Below, piece after piece: positions 34,542 to 45,138 of a stretch of 45,138 bases of DNA. The translations under genes were made by a program, and so were the position numbers. Under the pieces are notes generated by a model. It was given only the letters and a program-made list of their open reading frames with translations, was not told the DNA's origin and did not search any database. This DNA is from Octopus bimaculoides (Eukaryota): assembly GCF_001194135.2 (NCBI RefSeq), contig NC_068982.1, positions 49,144,751-49,189,888 on the forward strand. The letters are read 5' to 3'. Each line of letters opens with the position of its first letter. The first letter of the stretch is position 1.

Positions 34542-35692
34542 TATATAAATATAATGAGAAAAGTTGTACAGAGGGATGACAAAGAAATTTACTAGAAACA
34601 CACAGATGTATGCAATCATACACTCTGCCTCATCAGTTGTTGACCAAATGTCGCCTCAGTTTCAACACTGTCCTATCCATATTGCTCAATCTGTCAATGT
34701 CAGTGATGTAAGCTGCTAGGATATAGATGAGAGGACACAATAGACAAACAACTACAGTGAAATGTTGAAACAAGGACAGCATCAGTAAAAAATAATCTAA
34801 TGACTGAATGTTAAATAAGGATGAGTTATGAGAACCAGAAAAATGTTTCCTCTCAATACCTACGTTTTTATCAATTTTTTTCTCTCTGCCTACATTTTGT
34901 TTCTTCTTTTTTTTTTCTCTACTTACCTACCCTTTTTCATTGTTTGCATTTATTTATCTTTCTGTCATATCTTTCAACCCACTCTTCCATTTTTGCATCT
35001 ATCTATCTTGCCATTTATCTCACTTTCTGTCTTTTCCTTTCCTCATTCTTCTTGTTCCTTCTCTTTTTTGATTGTGTCTGCAACTGCCCTTACACTTTTC
35101 ACCCTCTCGTCTCTATCATTCTCTTTCTCTCTCTCTCTCTTGTATTGCTATTTCTTTCTTTCTCCTACCACTCTCCCCAATGAATCTGTTCTTCCCATAA
35201 TGCTATCACTTCTCTCACTGTCTAACTCTAGCTCAGCTTTTGTCATTGTTCTCTTATCTAGTCACCCATTCAGAATAGTCTCTTTGTCTCTTTAGTCTTG
35301 TGAGGGACAAGGCAACTTCACTAGTGCTGGTGCAATTATAAAATATAGCTAGTACACCCTGTAAAGAGATTAAAGAGTTGAGTAAATTGGCAGAAACAAT
35401 GTAACATCAAGATAATTCATTAATTTTGCTAAAAATAACTTCTTTAGTACTGTATCATGATACAATGCATCTAGAAAACTCTGTAGTGTGGTTGGTGCTA
35501 GGAAATACCTCTTTCTATAGAAACTATGCCAAAAACTGGGATATGTTAATGAGATATGCTTCTCTAACTCTTGTAGAAGGTCAGTACATCTGAATAAGGA
35601 TTGACTTGGACAGTACTGATCTATTCAACTCATGCTGGTATAGAAAACAGACATAAAATGATGATGATGTCATTGATGTATAAACATATATA

Positions 35693-36033
35693 GGCATAGG
35701 TGTGGCTGTGTGCTAAGAAGCTTGCTTCCCTAACACATGATTCCAGATTCAGTCCCACGGCATGGCACACTGAGTAAGCGTCAGGTCAACTAAAGCCGTG
35801 TAAGTGGATTTGATAAATGGAAACTGAAAGAAGCCTATTGTATGTGTGTGTGTGTGTGTGTTTGTCTCCCACTACCACTTAACAACCCGTCTTGGTGTAT
35901 TTACATCCTCATAACTTAGTGGCTCAGCAAAAGAAATTTATAGAATAAGTACAAATAAGTTGATTGATGCAACTAAAAATAATTCTTCAAGGCAATGCCC
36001 CTGCATGGCCACAGTCTAATGACTGAAACAAGG
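35693..36033 (+). mobile_element. Full-length tRNA-derived SINE with internal (GT)n
   Basis: Head ggcataggtgtggctgtgtgctaagaagcttgcttcc; tail ...ggccacagtctaatgactgaaacaag. Confidence 0.8.
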
Positions 36034-36069
36034 TAATATATAAATATATAAGCATATATATATACATAT

Positions 36070-36100
<31 letters not shown>

Positions 36101-37450
36101 NNNNNNNNNNNNNNNNNNNNNNNNNNNNNNNNNNNNNNNNNNNNNNNNNNNNNNNNNNNNNNNNNNNNNNNNNNNNNNNNNNNNNNNNNNNNNNNNNNNN
36201 NNNNNNNNNNNNNNNNNNNNNNNNNNNNNNNNNNNNNNNNNNNNNNNNNNNNNNNNNNNNNNNNNNNNNNNNNNNNNNNNNNNNNNNNNNNNNNNNNNNN
36301 NNNNNNNNNNNNNNNNNNNNNNNNNNNNNNNNNNNNNNNNNNNNNNNNNNNNNNNNNNNNNNNNNNNNNNNNNNNNNNNNNNNNNNNNNNNNNNNNNNNN
36401 NNNNNNNNNNNNNNNNNNNNNNNNNNNNNNNNNNNNNNNNNNNNNNNNNNNNNNNNNNNNNNNNNNNNNNNNNNNNNNNNNNNNNNNNNNNNNNNNNNNN
36501 NNNNNNNNNNNNNNNNNNNNNNNNNNNNNNNNNNNNNNNNNNNNNNNNNNNNNNNNNNNNNNNNNNNNNNNNNNNNNNNNNNNNNNNNNNNNNNNNNNNN
36601 NNNNNNNNNNNNNNNNNNNNNNNNNNNNNNNNNNNNNNNNNNNNNNNNNNNNNNNNNNNNNNNNNNNNNNNNNNNNNNNNNNNNNNNNNNNNNNNNNNNN
36701 NNNNNNNNNNNNNNNNNNNNNNNNNNNNNNNNNNNNNNNNNNNNNNNNNNNNNNNNNNNNNNNNNNNNNNATATATATACTCACACATATATACATGCTT
36801 TCATATAATACATATATAGTCACATATATGCTTATAAATGCACTTAATCTCAAATACAGTCGTTTGCAAGACATAGCGTGTATAGGTAATCCTTGCAAAT
36901 ATTCAGACTTAAATAATGTAAAAGATTTTGTGATTGCTTCAGTATGGAAATATGCTCTCAAATAGTTAAACAGATATGCAGTTTTAATCTCCTATATGCT
37001 TACTTTAGCATTAATCCCATGTATGTATTCCAAATCGAATGAATTAAAAACATATATCTTAAGACTGCTTTAACATTAACTTTGCAAATAGTTGAATGGA
37101 TACATAGTTAAATCATATATATGCTTATGTTAGCACTTCTCTGTATATATTTACATATTCTATAAATAAATCTCTACTTGTACACTGAATTAGATAAAAT
37201 GTTTCAAGGTAGCTTTATATCAAAGTAGATTAATGGATGATTTAACAGGTATCCATTTGAATTACCTATATGCAAACTTAGACCCTGCTCTACTTAAGGC
37301 ACATATTCACAGACATTCTTACAAGACATCTATCTATCTACCTATGTTTATATATGTATATACGTGTGTGTGTACATATATATGTATGGGTGTGCGTGCA
37401 TGTATATATATATATATGTGTGTGTGTGTATGTGTGTGTATGTATGTGTG

Positions 37451-37490
<40 letters not shown>

Positions 37491-37789
37491 TACTATGATA
37501 AAGCTCTTGTAATCTACATAATATTTCAAGACATTTTTGACATTAGAATAAATTTACAAGTAATAATTGTCTCTTTTATTTTACATACCCAGTTATGTAA
37601 GGTTTTGGTTACACTGTGACTCATAAGCCTCATCTGGTTGACCAGCTTGCCCAAACCAATGCAACTCTTCCATGTCAGATGTCAAAATCAACCATTGTGG
37701 TAAGAATGTCTGCCTTGAGTTTTAGTCAAGTATGTTTGATCAGGATACATAAATGTTGCTCAATTATATTTCAGTATATATGAATACAT

Positions 37790-38045
37790 GTGAAGGTGCA
37801 TGGCCTAGTGGGTTAGGCTGCTGCACTCACGACCGCTAGATTGTGGATTCAATTTCCAGATTCAGTGATACATTGTGTTCTTGAGCAAAACACTTCATTT
37901 CACATTGCTCCAGTCCCATTTTTGACCAGACAGAAATGTTGATCTGCCTGCTCAGGGGTGCTAAGGGGTGGTATCATTCGAAGGCTAAAACAATGCAAAG
38001 TGCATTGTGACTAGCAATGTGTAACAACATCTGATACTCTGGTAG
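37790..38045 (+). mobile_element. tRNA-derived CORE-like SINE
   Basis: TGGCCTAGTGG (A box), GGATTCAATTTCC (B box), then the gtgttcttgagcaaaacacttcatttcac core. Confidence 0.8.
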
Positions 38046-38513
38046 GTCATATGAATATAAGTAATTACTATTAGGCCTGGTTTTCTTTCAGCAATGTTTA
38101 TGGCTAGGAGGAAAATGCTTGAATAGAAGTTTTAAAAATGACATTGCAATTAGTCTTACAACTTACAGGTTGTAGCATGTACAACAATGACTTTCTGGAC
38201 AATGATGATTCAGAACCTCTTATAATACTCACTAATTTACAAGCATGAACTTCAAATTCCATGAAACTGCAGACTAGTTTACTGGTACCCTTGCAATATT
38301 AGTAAACTTGTGTCATAAACAAACCTACACCTGTTGTGGGAGGCACACACAAAGACACATTCACATATTTACATATATACATACATACATACATACATAC
38401 ATTTATTAACATGCACACACACACTCCACCTTCTCCCATATATATTTTATGAAGTTATTGGTTGTGATCAATCAGAAAGTTACCATTAGTTTTTGCATCT
38501 CTTATGTTCTTAG

Positions 38514-38573
38514 TAATATTGGCAACTCCTCAAACCTGCTGGGCAGAAATACATAACCTCTTTATTAATGGAG
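38514..38573 (+). CDS. Candidate 60-bp exon (x)ILATPQTCWAEIHNLFING
   Basis: Acceptor ttttgcatctcttatgttcttag and donor GAG|gtaagc. Single open frame (phase 1 to 1). Confidence 0.35.
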
Positions 38574-41072
38574 GTAAGCATACAGTCTTAGTCGGCCAGG
38601 GTTGTGAAAAAAAGCTGAAACAAAATTCTTCAAAGCACAAGCCTTTTCTGGGTCAGATGGAACTGTTTATCTTTGATTAGTTCCACTTGTGTCTTAAAAG
38701 GGATCAGTTTATGTATGATTTCTGTTCACTAGTCAGTAAGCAGGGAATTCCATGTCTTCAACATGAATTTTCTCTCATGAGGGTACTAACTAGACATCTC
38801 ACTTTGGAAATTTAAGAAGGCCCCCCCCCCAGGTCAAACGAATTTTTTATGATCCTTTCCATCTTAGCCAAGCAAAATTTGCATCATCTACTTACATTGA
38901 GGTATGGTCCAGGTAGTTCTAGGAGTTTCCATTTAATCCTGCATGGTGTTCTCTCTTTTTTTAAAACACTGTATGTAGTTGGCCAAAGACGTTAACACCT
39001 CTCTGGAATCCTAAAAGAGAAATTATATAAGCATGTGTGTGTGTGTATATGTGTATGAGTATGGCAAGCTTCCACAAAATTTCCATTTACCAAATTCCCT
39101 CACAAAGCATTGATCAGCCTGAGATTATAATAGAAAACACTCAAAGTGTTGCAGAGTATACTTATTGTGCTATACTTAGAAGCCAGTCTTTATTTCATTA
39201 GAAATTGAACTTGAATAAAAACACTTGGAGATTATGGTACTTGGTGGAGTCAACAGTAAGATGCTTTTCATACCTAATTCAATGCATACTGCCATGCTTG
39301 GTTCAATTTCTATTAAACGAACATTTTCATTTTGCTTGGAACTTGACCAAATCAGTAGCAGTCAAACACAGTTAGTACAGTGGATTATAAGCTCCAACTT
39401 AAGAATTATGTCAGAGGGCTATGTTAAATCGGAAACATATCATTATTGCTATAAAAGATAGCTCTCTGTTCTGTATAAGACAGTCATGTATCATAAGCCA
39501 ACATCATCTGAAGCAACACGAACTCATAACTAAGTTCCAGTATACTACTTCTCTTCCCTCTCCTTCAGCTGCGTCTTCACTTCTTTATCTCCTACATCTT
39601 CTACTTCTGTCCCTCTCCTCATTTCTTCTGTTATTTTTCCTGTCTGTCTTCCTCCAATTCTGTTTGTTGTAATTGTTGTTGTTGTTACTGCTGGTGCAGA
39701 AGTAGTTGTTGGTTTGTTGTAGTTCTTCATTGTCATCTCTTTCATCATCACCATCGTTGTCATCATCATCGATATCATTTTAAATGATAACATCTATTTT
39801 TTTTTCTTACTTTTCCCCCACAACATCTCATTTGTTATTTCAGTCATAATGCTAAAGATATTAACAATTTTACACAAACATAAACACACACACATATATA
39901 AATACGCATATATATATATATATATATATATTTATTTATTTATTTATATACAAACATACATATTCATGTAGACGTATACATGCAAGCATATATATATATA
40001 TACATATATATATATATNNNNNNNNNNNNNNNNNNNNNNNNNNNNNNNNNNNNNNNNNNNNNNNNNNNNNNNNNNNNNNNNNNNNNNNNNNNNNNNNNNN
40101 NNNNNNNNNNNNNNNNNNNNNNNNNNNNNNNNNNNNNNNNNNNNNNNNNNNNNNNNNNNNNNNNNNNNNNNNNNNNNNNNNNNNNNNNNNNNNNNNNNNN
40201 NNNNNNNNNNNNNNNNNNNNNNNNNNNNNNNNNNNNNNNNNNNNNNNNNNNNNNNNNNNNNNNNNNNNNNNNNNNNNNNNNNNNNNNNNNNNNNNNNNNN
40301 NNNNNNNNNNNNNNNNNNNNNNNNNNNNNNNNNNNNNNNNNNNNNNNNNNNNNNNNNNNNNNNNNNNNNNNNNNNNNNNNNNNNNNNNNNNNNNNNNNNN
40401 NNNNNNNNNNNNNNNNNNNNNNNNNNNNNNNNNNNNNNNNNNNNNNNNNNNNNNNNNNNNNNNNNNNNNNNNNNNNNNNNNNNNNNNNNNNNNNNNNNNN
40501 NNNNNNNNNNNNNNNNNNNNNNNNNNNNNNNNNNNNNNNNNNNNNNNNNNNNNNNNNNNNNNNNNNNNNNNNNNNNNNNNNNNNNNNNNNNNNNNNNNNN
40601 NNNNNNNNNNNNNNNNNNNNNNNNNNNNNNNNNNNNNNNNNNNNNNNNNNNNNNNNNNNNNNNNNNNNNNNNNNNNNNNNNNNNNNNNNNNNNNNNNNNN
40701 NNNNNNNNNNNNNATATATATATATATATATACATATATATACACACACAAAATATATATAATATATAAATATACAATATATATATATATATTGTATACA
40801 TATATATATTATATATATATTGTATACATATATATATTATATATATATGCACATACTCACACAATATATATATTATATATATATGTATAATATATATATA
40901 TATATATATTATATATAGTACACATTATATATATATATATCATATATATATGTATAATATATATATATATATATTATATATAGTACACATTATATATATA
41001 TATATATATCATATATATATGTATAATATATATTTCATATATATATTTATTAAATATATTTATATATATATT

Positions 41073-41668
41073 CTGACCGAGACCTTTGGAAATATGTTGT
41101 GCGTGAGAAGACCCGGCAAGCCAAATGAGACCTAAATCCAAGGCCTCTGCCAGGGATGCATACCTTCCTTCATTGGACACTAAACTCCGCTTGCGAAGAC
41201 CTGCTGAGGCAAGTGAAATTGAACTCGAGCTAAATTCGACGACTGGCACCCATGCCCACATCGTCTTCTTCATTGCGAAGACCTGTTGGGGCAAGCAAAA
41301 GCGAAATCGTGATGGCACCTGTGCCCAGCATCTCCTTCCTGGCACTTGTGTCGGTGGCATGTGTAAAGTCATTCGAATGAGATTGTTGCCAGTGCCGCTG
41401 GACTGACTGGCTCCTGTGCATGTGGCACGTAAAATACACCATTTTTAGTGTGGCCGTTGCCAGTACTGCCTGACTAGCCTTCATGCTGGTAGCACGTAAA
41501 AGCACCCACTACACTCTCAGAGTGGTTGGTGTTAGGAAGGGCATCCAGCTGTAGAAACTTGGAGCCTGGTGTAGCCATCTGGTTCACCAGTCCTCAGTCA
41601 AATCGTCCAACCCATGCTAGCATGGAAAGCGGACGTTAAACGATGATGATGATGATGATGATGATGAT
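41073..41668 (+). mobile_element. 5'-truncated RTE-type LINE: last codons, 3' UTR and (GAT)n tail
   Basis: Begins DRDLWKYVVREKTRQAK* and ends ...ggacgttaaac(gat)n. The 3' end is shared with many copies in the window. Confidence 0.8.
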
Positions 41669-41679
41669 ATATATATTAT

Positions 41680-42745
41680 AGATGTCTTGCAAACAACTTG
41701 CACATGCAAGTGCTACCAGTTGATAGCTCCGCATACCGGGAGCCAGCAAGTGTATGGGGTCATCAGGAGAGAATGTGCGCCACTTCAGGGCCTACCTCTC
41801 GACGGCATCAATGTGCCCCCCTCACTGATATGAAGCCCTGCCTGCTAGATCAACTGGTTATTAAATATAGCTCAACATTTCTCTAGCCATCGCTCATCGT
41901 CTTTTTTTAACCAAATCCAGTGGCTAGCCTTCTCCACTGTAGCTTGGATATCACTCATGGTGGTATTTACCTTACGATGATTTAGGCCTAATGATAACAA
42001 CAGTCGTCTCACACTGTGTCCAACAAACCCTCTACATTTGAATTCGATTGGAAACTGCTCCGCTTTCCAGTCTGCATCTATACATTCCTCGAGGAGGTTT
42101 ACATAATGGTCAATTTTTTGAGCCTGCACTGCGTCCATGTTATCTTCATGAGGAACAGTGAATTCGACTAGATTTACAACTTTCTTTCTTTCACACCACA
42201 TTAAAATGTTCAGTTTTTTTGTAAATGGGATGGGAAAGAGTCCCTGGCACCCTGGTAAATCTGCAGTCACCTCCCAATAGCCGCTCCACTTTTCATCTCT
42301 CACAGGAAGTTTCTTGTTCTTCTTCTTGAAATGGATCCGCTGATCTGAGTGCACGAAGGTAATGAAATCTCTAGTTGGTACTTTCAACAGTTTTTTCTCT
42401 GTGTTGTTGAGATGAATTTGGTTATAAGAAGATAACCTTAAGGACCAGGTTGTGTCTCCATGTATACCTGTTCAATGCTAAAGAACAGTTGGAAAGAATA
42501 TGTTTCAGTGTTCTGACCTTTCCGCATTTGCATATATCATTCTCTGAAACTTTCCATCTTACTAGATTTGTAGGTGATGGCAAAACATCATAGGATGAAC
42601 GAATAAGAAAACTTAGCGGAGATGTGGTCCACGTCTATATCTCATCCCAACTTATTTTCCTCTCAACAACTTGTTCTTCCCATCTCGTCATCTGTCCTTG
42701 TTGAATACATCAGATCAAATAAAGCTTTCTTCTCTCTGCTTCTCT
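41680..42745 (-). mobile_element. 5'-truncated RLE-type non-LTR retrotransposon (HERO-like)
   Basis: QGQMTRWEEQVVERKISW..SPLSFLIRSSYDVLPSPTNLVRWK..CKCGK..LKHILSNC..RYTWRHN (CCHC finger). Then the open 41872-42387 frame with NILMW..VNLVEFTVPHEDN..KIDHY..FPIEFKCRGF..EKASHWIW (restriction-like endonuclease). Confidence 0.88.
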
Positions 42746-43277
42746 CGAAGTCGAACATGAACATGAAAAGAAAGTCAAACATGAACCACATCACTTTACC
42801 ATTAAGAAAATGCAAGCATTTGCATATATCAGAAAAGGTCTTTCTATGATCGAGGATATGGATGCAAATGCTCAACTTTTTCCAAGATTATGGGGACTTG
42901 TCATGAAGCATTTGCTCCTTATAATGTAATCCTTGAGGAAAAGAAGAAGACAGTTGAAGGAACTCTCAACCGGTTTTTTAAGCACATCGTACAAGAACAA
43001 CCAGAGTCAGCTGTTGATATTGAGGATCCACAGCCATCTAAATCTGCGATGTAAACCACCAGATTGTATGTACGTATTGGTAAATTTAAAATAATTTATT
43101 TTTTTTTAGTATTGCAAAATAATAATTACTGAATTTGTTTTATAAGCTTAATAAAGGCTTTTATTTTACTGTCTTATTGCAAACCACATTCATAAATAAA
43201 GCGTCTGTGATATACAATAAACACTACCAAATTCTGTTCGTAAATTTAGATTACTTTTTTTTTTTACGGTACTGTAT
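42745..43277 (+). mobile_element. pogo/Tigger-like transposon 3' end
   Basis: HFTIKKMQAFAYIRKGLSMIEDMDAN...HEAFAPYNVILEEKKKTVEGTLNRFFK...PQPSKSAM*. Possible terminus acggtactg-TA at ~43277. Confidence 0.7.
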
Positions 43278-43653
43278 TAAAAAGTAAAAATTATTTGTTT
43301 GTAAGCTTAAAATAGGTTCTTATTAACCATGTATTGTTGAAAATGCATTCATAAATAAAATACAGAACTGGGAATGGTTATTATCAGTTTAGCCTAGAGA
43401 CAAGTAAATTCAGCCTAGCTGAGCCTAGAGACAAGTTAATTTGACTTAAGTCATGTTTCCTGGAACCAATTAACAAAATAGGGTGAGGTATGCATGCATA
43501 CACAAAATATACATACATATATATACTTATACATATATATATATACACTCAAAATATATATACATACATATATATATACACATGTACAGAATATACATAC
43601 ATACACATTTATATTTTATATATATATATATACACACAAAATATGCATACATA

Positions 43654-43692
<39 letters not shown>

Positions 43693-43879
43693 NNNNNNNN
43701 NNNNNNNNNNNNNNNNNNNNNNNNNNNNNNNNNNNNNNNNNNNNNNNNNNNNNNNNNNNNNNNNNNNNNNNNNNNNNNNNNNNNNNNNNNNNNNNNNNNN
43801 NNNNNATATATATACATATACACACACACACGCACGCACACACACAAAATATACATACATACATATGTATGCATATATA

Positions 43880-44060
43880 TATGTTCACAAAGATCAGAAC
43901 CTAACTGCAGCTCTTGGTGGTCCAAATCGGATATGCAATCTATGTAGGTGTCTTTTCAAAACATTGTCTAGTTTAAAAAGCCACATCAGATACCATGATG
44001 GTTCCAAGGTGTTGCTACAGGAGGTGGTGAAACTATGCATAAGGAGTAGAGAACCACCAT
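43880..44060 (+). mobile_element. RTE-like LINE C-terminal fragment with a C2H2 finger
   Basis: ICNLCRCLFKTLSSLKSHIRYH, flanked by (AT)n on both sides with no splice context. Confidence 0.6.
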
Positions 44061-44085
44061 ATATATATATATATATATATATATA

Positions 44086-44345
44086 AACGAGTCTAATCAA
44101 TAAGTATCCGGACTGTTGTTACAAAGCTAAAGCATGCAGATTGAAGCCACTTGGCACAAATTGATCTTGAATTCTGCTGTTCATGCGCACTAAGTTTTAA
44201 CGCTCTAGCTCACTTCTGCTGTTTACAGCAGTGCTTGGAAGGAAGGTGTGTTGCATGTGATCATGACATTGACCATGATAGAGAAAGTTGGCATGGTGAT
44301 ACCCACTCAGAGGCCCATGCAAAGTTGCAGAAATGTACAGAGATG
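44086..44345 (+). mobile_element. Mariner 5' end fragment
   Basis: TIR-like cgagtctaatcaataagtatccggactg, followed by a decayed start MIEK..GDTHSEAHAKLQK. Confidence 0.6.
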
Positions 44346-45138
44346 ATAATGAGGAAGAGGAGGAGGGAGATGATTTATCTTATCTTTTACTATGGTCAGC
44401 TTTGATCTAGCATACCTATGATCAGTCAGTGTAATATATCTTTTATTGTTGAGGACAAGGTTACCTATTTTGACCATTCCTATTTTAAAAAGGAAGAGTG
44501 TTGGGATTCAAAGAGAATTGGCTGTTATTTGATGTTGATCAAGCAACACTATAGAGTAGTCACAAGCAAAATGAGGTCTGCAAGACTTTCTGACTGGCTT
44601 GCCAAATGAAAAATTGCCTTGAATTCATGCAGCCTACTTCTCAAAAGAAGGTTGCCCATGTGTCTGATGTACAATATTCTTGCTGAGTCATAAACAATGA
44701 ATAATGTACCTTAGCATAAAGTGTTGCATGGCTCCAGAGAAATGTAAACTGTTAAAAGACAAAAAGAAAATTATGTAGTTAGTATTGAAGCACATTTATA
44801 AAAACAGTCACTAAATTAACAGAACAGATTTCTAATTTTTCTACTTTCAATTTTTTTTTTTTTTTGCAAAGTAATTAATCAAATTAATTAGCTTCAAATA
44901 ACAAAAGCAAAAACAAAAACATAGAAGATTGTTGGCTGTTTTTTGATAACGTTAAAAAAAAGAATAGAAACAAATAATTAATAAATTTGAATTATGATAA
45001 TAATTTCAGAGATATTTGAATGAAAAATCTTTTTTCAAAGAATTACAATTACAGTCTTAAGAATTGATTATATATCTATAAAATGTAAAATCTTTATTGA
45101 AGACCAACAAATACTTTTTGTCAAAAAATACACACACA

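Noticed and set aside
37593-37699. Plus-strand segment with a strong acceptor and GTAAGA donor
   Set aside because: Stop codons in all three frames; shows the chance rate of splice-site pairs here.
38896-39010. Minus-strand exon-like segment with an excellent acceptor and GTAAGT donor
   Set aside because: 115 bp with stops in all three frames when the 7-A run is counted; coding only if there is a 1-bp error.
41730-41800. CTGATGA on the minus strand in the HERO-like 3' UTR
   Set aside because: No correctly placed GAAA or stems for any hammerhead topology.
3861-44086. Long ORFs in the track made of X runs and YI/HT/CV/SL/ER dipeptide repeats
   Set aside because: Artefacts of N-gaps and (AT)n, (AC)n and (TC)n microsatellites lacking stop codons.
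43490-44086. C2H2 zinc-finger gene
   Set aside because: A single finger between (AT)n tracts without splice sites; it matches the C-terminal finger typical of RTE-like LINE ORF2 ends.

Overview
AT-rich, microsatellite-rich eukaryotic (animal) DNA from a gapped draft assembly. N-gaps lie at 4068-4920, 10906-11698, 17369-17503, 30755-30973, 33033-33115, 34371-34471, 36101-36770, 40018-40713 and 43693-43804. The repeat families look like those of octopod cephalopods; this is an inference from recalled repeat families, not a database result. The window is mostly intronic or intergenic and packed with decayed transposons: a Buster/SPIN-like hAT, three Tc1/mariner relics, a pogo/Tigger 3' end, a Helitron relic, a Gypsy pol relic, a solo LTR, RTE and HERO-type LINE fragments, tRNA-derived SINEs and MITEs. 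Several short candidate exons of unidentified host genes occur on both strands. The most striking object is a ~2.6 kb element at 5334-7893, nested in a mariner. It has Penelope-like architecture: a foldable type I hammerhead ribozyme, 158-bp direct terminal repeats, an inverted 5' piece, an ~11-bp target-site duplication and a possible retained intron. However, it encodes only an ORF1/Gag-like CCHC zinc-knuckle protein and no reverse transcriptase. The window also holds a second decayed hammerhead motif and a series of short, near-identical locally templated duplications and inversions. No rRNA, bona fide tRNA or CRISPR array was seen.
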